From an uncultured Tepidisphaeraceae bacterium (lineage in GTDB: Bacteria; Planctomycetota; Phycisphaerae; Tepidisphaerales; Tepidisphaeraceae): a stretch of DNA of 58,998 bases. Positions 44,093 through 53,693 of this stretch are shown here, piece by piece. The stretch covers positions 1 through 58,998 of the forward strand of contig CAYUNS010000001.1 in the NCBI GenBank assembly GCA_964446155.1, written 5' to 3'. The position numbers and the translations under genes are program-made. The first letter of the stretch is position 1, and the number at the start of each line of letters is the position of its first letter. The notes beneath the pieces are model-generated. The model had not been told where the DNA came from. It ran no database searches and saw nothing but the letters and a program-made list of their open reading frames with translations.

Positions 44093-46258
44093 TTACTGTG
44101 TGGTCGGTGTGGTGGAGGCGGGGGGCTGGGTCGTGGTCCGAATCCTCAATTCGATGACGCGCAGGTCTTCCGCGAAGCGCTGGTGAAGGGGCGGGTTCAT
44201 CTTCTTCACTTCCGCAATCAGCGCCAGCGCATTGTCGTACTCTTCCTTGTTCTCGAGGCCCTCGATGGTGTTGCGGAACATCGGCCACATGGTCTGCTGT
44301 TGCGCGGGGTCGGTGGTGATGGAATCGGCGGCGAAGGCGGCGGCTTCGGCGTATTGCCGGCTTTCGAGCAGGGCTTCCATGAGTTGACGGACCAGTCCTT
44401 CGAGAACCATCGCGCCGAAATTCTGGGCTTTCTTGAATTGGAGTGCGGCCCGCAGATAGGGGACGGCCTCGGCGGGCTGATCGAGCTGAAGATGGAGCGC
44501 GCCGATGTCCTGTTGGACGCCGGCGAGATCGTCATCCTTGCGATCCTTCTCGAGCGCGTCGGCCAGCGCCTTGAGAACGACGAGTCGCCTTTGCGGCTGG
44601 TCGCGGAAGTGTTGCGCGAAACGGTTGAGATCCTCGGCGCCGGCGGTGGGGAAGAGGCCTTCGAGCACCCGCCATGCGGCATCACGGACGGCCTCGCTTT
44701 CCTCCCGCGGGGAAAGTCGCGGCACGAGGAGGGTGGCTTGCGCGAAGGTGGCGGTGGAACCGAGGGCGTTGACGGCGTCGAGTCGAACGGCCGGATCGGG
44801 ATGATCCAGCGAAGTCGCGATGATGTCGGCGGCACGGGGATCGCGCAACTCGCCGAGGGCGCGCAACGCCGCGCGCTGAACGGGAACCGGCTCGCGCTGG
44901 TGGACCAGTTCGAGCAGCGGATTGAGCAGCGATCGGCTGCGCAGGGGCGCCATCGCATTGACGAGGGTTTCGCGGAATTGCGCCTGTTCCGTCCGGCTGG
45001 TGCGGGTTTCAAACGCGCGACGAAGGGCCTGGGCGGTTTCATCGGCGAGGTTGGGGTCTTTCTCGCGGAGGACCGGGCCGATGTAGGCGAGGGTTTTTGC
45101 GGCGGTTTCGGCGATGTTGATGGAAGGGTCGTCCAGGAGCCGGTTGAGGATGGGGACGGCGCGGATGTCGCGAATGGGTTCGAGCGCGGCGGCGAGGGCG
45201 CGGCGGATGCCGGGATCGGTCTCTATCGCGATCTGGACGAGAATAGGTTCGAGCGCCATCGGGTCGTTCACCCGAACGAGCGCCTCGGCGACGGCGAGGC
45301 GGACCATCGGGGAGCTGTCGCCGACCATCAGGCGGAGCTGATCCCTGGCGGCGGCGGGAGGACGGCGCGCCTCGATGATCGACTGGGCGATCAGGCGCGG
45401 ACCTTTGACGCGAATCGCCGGGGCCGAGGAACGCATGATCCGCAGAAGCAGATCGGATTGCTCGCTTGCGGGGGTGGACTGATAGATTTCATCCAGCAGC
45501 GACTGCGTCTGGACCGCGAGGGTGTCGTAGTTGTCCTGCACGCGGTCGTAACGCGCGGCACGGAGCATGACGACGTCGAGCTTCCAGTCGGTGTCGGACT
45601 TGTCCTGGTTCTCCCGCCACCATTGCCGCCAGCGCTCGACATCCCGGTCGTTTTCGGACAGGCCGGTGAGATCGACCAGGGCGTCGGCGGCGGCGATGCG
45701 GACGGTGAGGGTCTCCTCGGTGTCGATGAGCAATTCGATAAGACCGGCGGCGGCGCGTTTTTCGACAAAGGAGCCGACGGCGTGAACCGCCGCGACGCGA
45801 ACGAAGTCCCGCTGGTCGCGCGGGGCGGCGAAACGGGTCATGAGACGGGCGAGAATGTCGAGATTCCGCTTGTAGCACGCGAGCGCTTCGGCCGCGGCGT
45901 CGGTCAGGGCGCGGTCGGTCCCCATCAGGGCGAAGAGGGGATCGATGTGAGTCGGATCGAGCGTCGGATTGGACGCGAGGGCGCGGGTAATGGCGAGCTG
46001 CGCGCCGCGATTGCCGGGATCGATCAGGAAATTGCGGACGATCTCGTGCGATTCCCCATCGGGACGCTGGACCAGCCGGCGGGCCAGCTCGTCCTTCTGC
46101 ACCTGGCTGACGGCGGTGTCGTGAAGTTGCTCGACGAGCTGATCCAGATGGTGCTGGGCGAGGTTGTCGGGCAGCGGCGCCGGGATCGTGGTCGCGACGG
46201 CTTCCTGCGCGAACAGCGCGCGCGGAGCGGCGGCGGCAACCGCCGCTGCCAGGAGCAT
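44093..46258 (-). CDS. secreted HEAT/ARM-repeat protein with TPR-like C-terminal region
   Basis: ORF 44093..46411. The start is likely ATG 46258 (MLLAAAVAAAAPRALFA) or GTG 46288. HEAT-like repeats (DSSPMVRLAVAEALVRVNDPMALEPIL, DPGIRRALAAALEPIRDIRAVPILNRLLDD, DHPDPAVRLDAVNALG). Confidence 0.7.
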   Translation of the reverse strand: MLLAAAVAAAAPRALFAQEAVATTIPAPLPDNLAQHHLDQLVEQLHDTAVSQVQKDELARRLVQRPDGESHEIVRNFLIDPGNRGAQLAITRALASNPTLDPTHIDPLFALMGTDRALTDAAAEALACYKRNLDILARLMTRFAAPRDQRDFVRVAAVHAVGSFVEKRAAAGLIELLIDTEETLTVRIAAADALVDLTGLSENDRDVERWRQWWRENQDKSDTDWKLDVVMLRAARYDRVQDNYDTLAVQTQSLLDEIYQSTPASEQSDLLLRIMRSSAPAIRVKGPRLIAQSIIEARRPPAAARDQLRLMVGDSSPMVRLAVAEALVRVNDPMALEPILVQIAIETDPGIRRALAAALEPIRDIRAVPILNRLLDDPSINIAETAAKTLAYIGPVLREKDPNLADETAQALRRAFETRTSRTEQAQFRETLVNAMAPLRSRSLLNPLLELVHQREPVPVQRAALRALGELRDPRAADIIATSLDHPDPAVRLDAVNALGSTATFAQATLLVPRLSPREESEAVRDAAWRVLEGLFPTAGAEDLNRFAQHFRDQPQRRLVVLKALADALEKDRKDDDLAGVQQDIGALHLQLDQPAEAVPYLRAALQFKKAQNFGAMVLEGLVRQLMEALLESRQYAEAAAFAADSITTDPAQQQTMWPMFRNTIEGLENKEEYDNALALIAEVKKMNPPLHQRFAEDLRVIELRIRTTTQPPASTTPTTQ

Positions 46259-46840
46259 CGTTTTGAACCACACCGTCCCGCTGGTCACTCGCCTGCCTTT
46301 GTCTGACGATTTCACGGAAGAATCAGCACGGGAGGGGCCGCCATCCCATCCTCGCGAAGCAAATCCTGCCTGCACAACGCCCGCTGTCCGTACGGGCGCG
46401 ACGCCCATCATACTTATCGTCGAAAATCCGAAGTTACCGTATTTTCAGCCTGCGGAAAAGTATACGGCGGTTTGGTGGGGCTTATGGGAGGATGCTTACC
46501 GGATCATTGCCCGCGCGGCGGTGGAGATTCATCGGAAGCCATGCCAGGCACGGCATGGCGCCAGGACGATCAGCAATGCAAGACGGGAGCGAATTATTTT
46601 GTTCTGAAGCCAGCCCTGGGATTTTGAATAGGTGTATCGCATGCGCGCGAGTATACCCGATGCCGCGCCCCGTATGGGTCGCCCTGTTTCTCCATCCGCT
46701 GGCCGCCTGGCGGGCATTGATCCCGTCCCCTGTTTCAGAAGGATGAATCGGGGGGGCTTCAACTTGCTCTTTCGTCATGAGTATGAGTAAAGTAAGCGTA
46801 CCTGAAGCGTTGGTTTTCCCCCTTTGCGTACGGCGAGCTT

Positions 46841-48202
46841 ATGAACGACTGGTATGAAGCCGAGCAGCGTGTCGAAAAGGCCCAGGAGTTGTTCGAGCAG
46901 CGCAAGTGGCCTGAAGCGCTGGCGGAGCTGCGCGCCGCCACGGACATCAATCCCTACAACAGCGGCTGGTTTTTCAATATCGGGTTGACTCTCGATGAAA
47001 TGGGGCGTTTCGACGAGGCGATCGAGGCGTATCGCCGCGCGTCGGAGATCGACACCAATGATTTGCAGGCGATGAATCACCTGGGGGTGGACCTGTCGCG
47101 AATGGGGCGGTTCGAGGAGTCGCTGCGTATTTTCGAGCGCTGCGAGGCGGTCGATCCGTCCTTCGAGCCGGCCTACTGCAATCGGATCATCACCTACAGT
47201 GAGACGGGCCAGCACGACAAGGCCGAGGAGATGTTCTACCTTGCCCGTCTTTACAAGGAACATTGCCCGCATTGCTATTACAACATCGGGTGCAGCCTCG
47301 GCAGCCGGGGGCTGTATGACAAGGCGATTTATTGCTGGCAAAAAACGCTGGACCTGGATGAATCCCACCCGGAGGTGCATGCCCGCATCGCCGAGGCGCT
47401 GCGGAGCAAGGGGGAGCATGAGCAGGCGAGACAGCATTATCTGCTCTCGTTGAGGCAGGATCCGGGCGATACGGAGATTCTGCTGGATTTGGGCGATCTT
47501 CTGCTGGACATGGGCCGGCTGGAAGAAGCCGGAGAGAAGTTCCGCCGGATGATCGAGCTTGCGCCGGAGGAGCCGGCCGGCTATTACTGCCACGGGCGAT
47601 GGCTGGCGCGAGCCGAACGATATGATGAGGCGATTCTGGCATTCACCCGCGTGTTGCAACTCGATCCCACCTGGCCGGGAGCGCATCTGAAACTCGGGCG
47701 GATTCATTGCGAGCTGGGGGACGCGGAGCGGGCGCGGCGGCATTTGCGCAGCGAGATGCAGTTGCGCTCGGAAGAGCCGGACATCCTGATGGAGTTGTCC
47801 AATCTGTTGATGGACCTGGGCGAAGCCCGGGCGGCGACGGCGTGCCTCAAGCGATTGGCGCAAAACGAACCCACCAATGCCCGGGCGTGGCAAAGCCTGG
47901 CGGTTTCGGAGTTTATGCGCGGCCGATACCGCGAAGGGATCGGTCATTGCCATGAATCGCTCAAGCACGACGCGCAAAGCCTGACGACGATCTACAACCT
48001 GGCGTTGGCGCATGAGCGGCTGGGGGAGTATGACCAGGGGCTGGCCTGGGCGCGGCGGGGGATCGCGCTGGATGCGAAGGATGTGTCCCTGCAAAAGCTG
48101 GAGTTCCGCCTGCGGGCGCTGAAGCTGCGAAGCTGGGTCGGGCGGATCACCCGCGGGGCGATTCGGACCCTTTCGCCTCGCCGGCAGGGAAGTCCGCGAT
48201 AG
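46841..48202 (+). CDS. tetratricopeptide (TPR) repeat protein
   Basis: More than 10 TPR-like units (KWPEALAELRAATDINPYN, RFDEAIEAYRRASEIDTND, LYDKAIYCWQKTLDLDESH, RYDEAILAFTRVLQLDPTW, etc.). Confidence 0.8.
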   Translation: MNDWYEAEQRVEKAQELFEQRKWPEALAELRAATDINPYNSGWFFNIGLTLDEMGRFDEAIEAYRRASEIDTNDLQAMNHLGVDLSRMGRFEESLRIFERCEAVDPSFEPAYCNRIITYSETGQHDKAEEMFYLARLYKEHCPHCYYNIGCSLGSRGLYDKAIYCWQKTLDLDESHPEVHARIAEALRSKGEHEQARQHYLLSLRQDPGDTEILLDLGDLLLDMGRLEEAGEKFRRMIELAPEEPAGYYCHGRWLARAERYDEAILAFTRVLQLDPTWPGAHLKLGRIHCELGDAERARRHLRSEMQLRSEEPDILMELSNLLMDLGEARAATACLKRLAQNEPTNARAWQSLAVSEFMRGRYREGIGHCHESLKHDAQSLTTIYNLALAHERLGEYDQGLAWARRGIALDAKDVSLQKLEFRLRALKLRSWVGRITRGAIRTLSPRRQGSPR

Positions 48203-48223
48203 CGCGGTGTCGCGGGGGTGGTC

Positions 48224-49948
48224 TTACGCGACCTTCACGATCATCATGGTGACATCATCGGTTCGCTTGGCGAGGCCGACGAACCGCCGCAATTCCCACA
48301 GGATGTGCTGCGCGATCATCTCGGAGGTCTCTCCGCCTTTCTTGAAGGCGTCGATGACGCGCTGGCGGCCGAAGGTTTCCTGCTGGAAGTTCATCGCGTC
48401 GGGCAGACCGTCGGTGTAAAGCAGCAGCGCATCGCCGCTTTGCAGGTCGAACATGGATTGGGAATACGCCTCTTCGGGATCGACGCCGAGAACCATGTTT
48501 TCAGCTTGCAGCTCGATGATCTCCCCATCGCGCAGCACCAGCGCGGGGGGGTGTCCGGCGCTGCAATAGGTGACGCGCTTGGCGCTGCAATCGAGCACGC
48601 CGTAGAACAGCGTGACGAACTCGCTGGGCAGCGTGTCGCGGAACAGCATGACGTTGATGCGGCGCATCACCTCGTAGAGATAATAGACGTTGTCCACCTG
48701 GGCCCGCAGGGCCGCGCGCACCGACGCCATGATGAGGCTGGCGGGCACGCCCTTGCCGCTGACGTCGGCGATGCCGAGACCGACGTTGTTGTCGGGAAGA
48801 AGGATGAAATCGAAGAAGTCGCCTCCCAGCTCGAAGCAGGGGACATAGACGCTCGCGAAGTCGTATCCGGGGATTTTCGGGGGTTTTTGCGGGATCATCC
48901 GAAGCTGCACCGCCGCCGCCGTCGCGACCTGTTTCTCGAGCGCTTCGGCGGCGATGGATTCCGCGAGCAGCCGCGCGTTCTCGATCGCCGCCGCCGCCTG
49001 CGCCGCGATCGCCTTGAGCAGGTCGATGCGCAGTTGCGAGAACTGCTGCTCCTCGTCGGTGTAGACGCGCAGCACGCCGATCGCCCGGCCTTTGTAGCGC
49101 ATCCCCGCCGACATCATCGAGACGATTCCTTCCCGTCGCGATTCCTCGGGATACTGCACGCGCGGATCGGTCGTCATGTTCCTGACATATTCATATCCCT
49201 TGGGCGAGAGCGCGACGCGATCGATCTCGGCCTTGCTGAGGCGGATGGCGCCCTTGTTGAGATATTGATTGGACAGGTTGTGGACGGCCTTGATGACCAG
49301 TTCGTCGTGCTCGTGGTCGATCAGCCGGATGGAGGAGGCCTTGGTTTCCATGACCTCCGCGACCAGTTCCACGGTGCGCTTGAGCACCTTCTGAAGATCG
49401 CGCGCGTCGGAGAGGATCGTGGTGACGTTGTAAACCGCCGTCAGCTCGTTGATGCGCTGCCGGAGTTGAAACTCCTGGAAGCAGAGCCGCGCGATCGCGT
49501 TGGCGAGCAGGAAAAGGAACTGAATCGCCGCGGGTCGGGTGTTCCGGCCTTTGAGCAGTTGCGCGGTGAGGGGCTTGAGCTGCCTGGCGTTCAAGCCGAG
49601 CTTCTCGGCCACCGCGATGAGCCGGGCGTCGTCGATCGAGCCGGCGTTGCCGTTGTCCGCGGACATGCGGATCGTCCCCAGCCGCTGGTTGTTGACGACG
49701 ATGGGGGCGATATATTCCGCGCCGTCCTTGTAAGGACCGTCGGCCTGCGATGCCTCGGCTTGCGCGATGATCTGCTGGCGGGCGAGAAATTCCTTCGTCG
49801 GGGTGGGCTGCGTGATTACGTTGCCATCGGCGTCGGTGATGGTCGCCTTGACGTTTGCGACGGCGGCGAAGCTATCCTGGATTTCCTGCAACGTGGGCAG
49901 GTCCATGAAATCCGTGAGACGCAGGTTGTCGGTATCGAACGCAGCCAT
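48224..49948 (-). CDS. PocR-like sensor + GAF + PP2C/SpoIIE-family serine phosphatase
   Basis: ORF 48224..50008, ATG 49948. N-terminal LPTLQEIQDSFAAVANVKATITDADGNVITQPT (PocR-type). GAF (LQKVLKRTVELVAEVMETKASSIRLID...GVLRVY). PP2C (ELGGDFFDF, GIADVSGKGVPASLIMA, TDGLPDA, DDVTMMIV). Confidence 0.8.
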   Translation of the reverse strand: MAAFDTDNLRLTDFMDLPTLQEIQDSFAAVANVKATITDADGNVITQPTPTKEFLARQQIIAQAEASQADGPYKDGAEYIAPIVVNNQRLGTIRMSADNGNAGSIDDARLIAVAEKLGLNARQLKPLTAQLLKGRNTRPAAIQFLFLLANAIARLCFQEFQLRQRINELTAVYNVTTILSDARDLQKVLKRTVELVAEVMETKASSIRLIDHEHDELVIKAVHNLSNQYLNKGAIRLSKAEIDRVALSPKGYEYVRNMTTDPRVQYPEESRREGIVSMMSAGMRYKGRAIGVLRVYTDEEQQFSQLRIDLLKAIAAQAAAAIENARLLAESIAAEALEKQVATAAAVQLRMIPQKPPKIPGYDFASVYVPCFELGGDFFDFILLPDNNVGLGIADVSGKGVPASLIMASVRAALRAQVDNVYYLYEVMRRINVMLFRDTLPSEFVTLFYGVLDCSAKRVTYCSAGHPPALVLRDGEIIELQAENMVLGVDPEEAYSQSMFDLQSGDALLLYTDGLPDAMNFQQETFGRQRVIDAFKKGGETSEMIAQHILWELRRFVGLAKRTDDVTMMIVKVA

Positions 49949-50115
49949 CCGTGTTTCCAATATCTCAAGCCGTCCCGGCTTCGGATGAGATTGTAGAGTC
50001 CGACCCATTCACTTCAACGCGCCCGACCCCGGGATCGAGCCGTAAATCCGATTTCCGCAGTTGACCCCGTCGCTTTATCCGCCTTTACTCCAATACGTTG
50101 GATAACGGAGTTGCC

Positions 50116-50907
50116 ATGCCCACAACCATGCGTTACGGCCAAACCATGCATTATCTTGAACAAGGCCAAGGCTTGCCCGTCGTGCTGTTGCACGGATTTC
50201 CACTCGATTCCCGCGTGTGGGAGCCGCTTCTGCTTCGGTTGAAGGGGAACCATCGGTTCATCGCGCCCGATCTCCGTGGTTTTGGTCAATCCACCGGCGG
50301 AGGAGCGTTCACGATGGAATCGGCCGCCGATGAGGTGCATGGGCTGCTCGAACAGCTTGGAGCGCTTCCCTGCGTGCTCGGGGGGCTGTCGATGGGGGGC
50401 TACATCGCGCTGGAATTCGCGCAACGTTGCCCGAAGGACCTCAAGGGTCTTATGTTCATCGACACCAAGGCCCAGGCCGACACCGCCGACGCCCGGCAGG
50501 CGCGGGATGAGATGATCGATCTCGTCCGCCGCGAGGGCGCCAAGGCGGTCGCCGACAGGATGCTGCCGAAAATGCTTGGCGATGACACCATTCGCAGGCG
50601 GCCCCAGGTGCTGCGCGATTTGCAGGCGATCATGGAAAGCTGTCCCGCCGAAACGATCGCCCACGCCCTGGCGGGCATGCGCGATCGCGAGGATCACACC
50701 GCCAATCTCGCGTCCATTCCCGTGCCCGCGCTGGTCATGGTCGGGGAAAGCGACGCCCTCATCCCTATCGCCACCGCCGAGGCGATGCGGCGTGAAATCC
50801 CCCATGCCACGCTCGCCGTGATCGAGTCCGCCGGACACATGGCCCCGATGGAGCAGCCCGACCAGGTCGCTTCGGTGATCGAGTCGTTTTTGCGATCCAT
50901 CCCCTGA
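50116..50907 (+). CDS. alpha/beta-fold hydrolase
   Basis: ORF 50098..50907 (TTG), with ATG 50116 preferred (GGAG upstream). VVLLHGFPLDSRVW, nucleophile elbow GLSMGG, C-terminal AGHMAPMEQP. Confidence 0.8.
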   Translation: MPTTMRYGQTMHYLEQGQGLPVVLLHGFPLDSRVWEPLLLRLKGNHRFIAPDLRGFGQSTGGGAFTMESAADEVHGLLEQLGALPCVLGGLSMGGYIALEFAQRCPKDLKGLMFIDTKAQADTADARQARDEMIDLVRREGAKAVADRMLPKMLGDDTIRRRPQVLRDLQAIMESCPAETIAHALAGMRDREDHTANLASIPVPALVMVGESDALIPIATAEAMRREIPHATLAVIESAGHMAPMEQPDQVASVIESFLRSIP

Positions 50908-51006
50908 TCGCGTCCCATTTTCACGATTTCCCGCCGCTCACGGGTTCATCGGTGGTTTAGGTCGCCTTGCGCGATTAGAATCCCCCGTTCTGTTTTGGGA
51001 GATTGA

Positions 51007-52599
51007 ATGAACCGTGAAAAAGCAGCATGGATGATCAGCGTCGTTCTTATCGCGATGCTCGCGTTTCAGTTGCCCGGCACGCTGGCGCAGCGGGATGACG
51101 ACTACACTTTCGTCCGCCGCCTCGTGGATATCCACCGTCACGTCGTGGACAACTACGTCGAGCCGGTCAACGAGGACAACCTGCGCGATGCCGCGATCGA
51201 CGGCATGCTCTCCGAGTTGGACCCCTACAGCATCTATGTCCCCCCGGCCGAGCAGGAACGTTTCGATCGGATGCTCGAAGGCAGCTTCAAGGGCGTCGGG
51301 ATTCAGCTCAACCAGAATCCCGAGACCGGGCTGGTCGAAGTCGTCACGCCGATCGACGAAAGCCCCGCTTTCGAGGCCGGCGTGCTCGCGGGGGACATCA
51401 TTCTCAAGGTCAACGGAGAATCGATCGAAGGCGAACGCCTCGAGGACATCATCAAGCGGATCGCCGGTCCGCTTGGATCGGAAGTCACGCTGACCGTGCG
51501 GCATCTCACCGGTGAGACCGAAGACCTCACCATGCATCGCGCCGAGATCAGCGTCCCCACCGTCAAGGGGTTCAGCCGCAAGCTCGACAACACCTGGAAT
51601 TATTATGCGGTCCAGGATCCGAAAATCGCCTACCTGCGCATCACGCAGTTCACCCCCGACACGTTCGCGAAGGTGAAGGAGGCGCTCGATCATCTCCTCG
51701 CCGACGGAATGCGGGGATTGATCCTCGATCTGCGCTTCAACCCCGGCGGGCGGCTCGACCAGGCGAAGGAGATCGTCGATCTGTTCATCGACTCGGGGGT
51801 CATCGTCGTCACGCGCGGACGAAATCGTCCCGAGGAGATCACCCGCGCCACCGCCGCTGAAACGCTGCCGGAATTTCCAATGATCGTCCTCGTCAACGAG
51901 CATTCCGCCAGCGCCTCCGAGATCGTCGCCGGAAGCCTCAAGGACAATCGCCGCGCCCTTGTCATCGGCACGCGGACCTACGGAAAAGGTTCCGTTCAGG
52001 AACTCATCCCGCTCGAGGGCAAGGGCGGCGAGCTGAAGCTCACGGTCGCCTATTATTATCTGCCCAGTGGTCGGCTGGTGCATCGCAAGAAGGATGCGAC
52101 CGACTGGGGCGTCGAGCCGCACATTGTCGTGCCCATGGACCCGACCGCCCAGCGCCTCGCGGTGCAGGCCCGGGCCGAGAATGAAAATCATCATCGTCCC
52201 GTGATTGAAAGCGCGACCCGTCCGAGCACCGCGCCGGCCACCCAGCCGGTTGATGCGCAGCTTCAACGCTCCGTGGACACCATGCTCGCGCTGCTCGTCC
52301 TCGGGGGCGACCGCGACGAAGCGCCCGCCACGCCGTTGCCATCCACCGGCGAGTCCATCGCTCCCCGCGGCCGCGTCGTCCCCGAATCCCCCGATTCCAC
52401 CGCCCCCGTGCCGATGCCGCTCCCCGCGACGCAACCGGCCTCGCAGCCCTCGGCGCCCGAGATCGAATCCGGTTCCTCTGTCGTTTCCCCGGAAGCCGAT
52501 CCGATCGTCATCCCCGACGCCGACGAGCAAGTCGATGAATCGCCCGCGACTGCCCCGGCGACAGTTCCCGTGTCGCCGGCCGTCGGCGATGAGCCATGA
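51007..52599 (+). CDS. S41-family C-terminal processing peptidase with PDZ domain and P/A/S/T-rich C-terminal tail
   Basis: N-terminal anchor WMISVVLIAMLAFQL. FKGVGIQL, PDZ (SPAFEAGVLAGDIILKVNGESI), LILDLRFNPGG, NEHSASASEIVAGSL, GTRTYGKGSVQ. Confidence 0.85.
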   Translation: MNREKAAWMISVVLIAMLAFQLPGTLAQRDDDYTFVRRLVDIHRHVVDNYVEPVNEDNLRDAAIDGMLSELDPYSIYVPPAEQERFDRMLEGSFKGVGIQLNQNPETGLVEVVTPIDESPAFEAGVLAGDIILKVNGESIEGERLEDIIKRIAGPLGSEVTLTVRHLTGETEDLTMHRAEISVPTVKGFSRKLDNTWNYYAVQDPKIAYLRITQFTPDTFAKVKEALDHLLADGMRGLILDLRFNPGGRLDQAKEIVDLFIDSGVIVVTRGRNRPEEITRATAAETLPEFPMIVLVNEHSASASEIVAGSLKDNRRALVIGTRTYGKGSVQELIPLEGKGGELKLTVAYYYLPSGRLVHRKKDATDWGVEPHIVVPMDPTAQRLAVQARAENENHHRPVIESATRPSTAPATQPVDAQLQRSVDTMLALLVLGGDRDEAPATPLPSTGESIAPRGRVVPESPDSTAPVPMPLPATQPASQPSAPEIESGSSVVSPEADPIVIPDADEQVDESPATAPATVPVSPAVGDEP

Positions 52600-52624
52600 T
52601 CCACCATCTGACTTCCATCACACC

Positions 52625-53656
52625 ATGTCCCTCATCCTTGGAATCGAATCCACCTGCGATGAAACCGCCGCCGCCGTGGTGGCGGACGGGTTCGAGGTGC
52701 GCAGCAATGTCGTCGCGACGCAGGTCGATCTGCACGCGCGCTATCGCGGGGTCGTGCCCGAGATCGCCAGCCGGGCGCACATCGAAAACATCCTTCCGGT
52801 TTTGCGGGAGGCCTTGTCCGACGCCGATTGCCGGCTTGAAGACATCGACGCCGTCGCCGTGGCGCATCGTCCGGGATTGATCGGATCGCTTCTCATCGGC
52901 GTCACCGCCGCGAAGACGCTCGCGTGGTCGCTGGGCAAGCCGCTCATCGGCGTCGATCACGTTCATGCGCATCTCTACAGCGTCATGCTCGAGAGGAACG
53001 AGCCGCCGCCGTTTCCCGCAGTGGGAATGGTGTGCAGTGGGGGGCATACCGCGCTTTACGCCATCGATGGCTGGGACGCGGTGAAGCTGATCGGGTCCAC
53101 GATCGACGACGCCGTCGGCGAGGCGTATGACAAGGTGGCGGCGATTCTCGGTCTCGGTTATCCCGGCGGGCCGGTCCTCGACACGCTCGCACTCGCGGGA
53201 AACCCACGCGCCGTCCGATTCCCGCGCACGATGCTCGATGCGGATTCGCTCGATTTCTCCTTCAGCGGATTGAAGACGGCGGTGCTTTATCATGTGCGCG
53301 GTGTGCCCGGTCGCAAAGGCGCGCCGGCGCCGGTGAAGCCACCCCCGACCCGGCAGGAACTGCACGACATCGCCGCGAGTTTCCAGGCCGCCTGCATCGA
53401 CGTGATCCTCCGCAAGCTCGATCGCGCGTTGCGTCGGACTGGGGGACGGTCCCTCCTCGTCGGCGGGGGGGTATCGGCCAATCGCGGTTTGCGCGCGGCG
53501 CTCGAGCAACTCGACGTGCCCGTCTTCATGCCCCCCCTGCGATACTGCACCGACAATGCCGCCATGATCGCCGGCCTCGCCCATGTCGCCTTCGCACAGG
53601 GACGCACCAGCGCGCTCGATCTCGACGCCATCACCTACAGCCGGTTCCGCGAGTGA
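52625..53656 (+). CDS. tsaD: tRNA N6-adenosine threonylcarbamoyltransferase TsaD
   Basis: ORF 52205..53656. The first 140 codons overlap the peptidase tail and are Pro/Arg-rich. ATG 52625 gives MSLILGIESTCDETAAAVV, GVDHVHAHL, CSGGHT, DDAVGEAYDKVA, GYPGGP, LVGGGVSAN. Confidence 0.92.
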   Translation: MSLILGIESTCDETAAAVVADGFEVRSNVVATQVDLHARYRGVVPEIASRAHIENILPVLREALSDADCRLEDIDAVAVAHRPGLIGSLLIGVTAAKTLAWSLGKPLIGVDHVHAHLYSVMLERNEPPPFPAVGMVCSGGHTALYAIDGWDAVKLIGSTIDDAVGEAYDKVAAILGLGYPGGPVLDTLALAGNPRAVRFPRTMLDADSLDFSFSGLKTAVLYHVRGVPGRKGAPAPVKPPPTRQELHDIAASFQAACIDVILRKLDRALRRTGGRSLLVGGGVSANRGLRAALEQLDVPVFMPPLRYCTDNAAMIAGLAHVAFAQGRTSALDLDAITYSRFRE

Positions 53657-53693
53657 ATCCCTCGAAATCCGCCTTCCCTTCAACTCATTCAAC

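Noticed and set aside
44183-46306. 707-aa plus-strand ORF and 45489..46271(-)
   Set aside because: Shadows of the HEAT-repeat gene.
46775-49996. ORFs 46775..48094(-) and 48218..49996(+)
   Set aside because: Antisense shadows of the TPR gene and the PocR-GAF-PP2C gene respectively.
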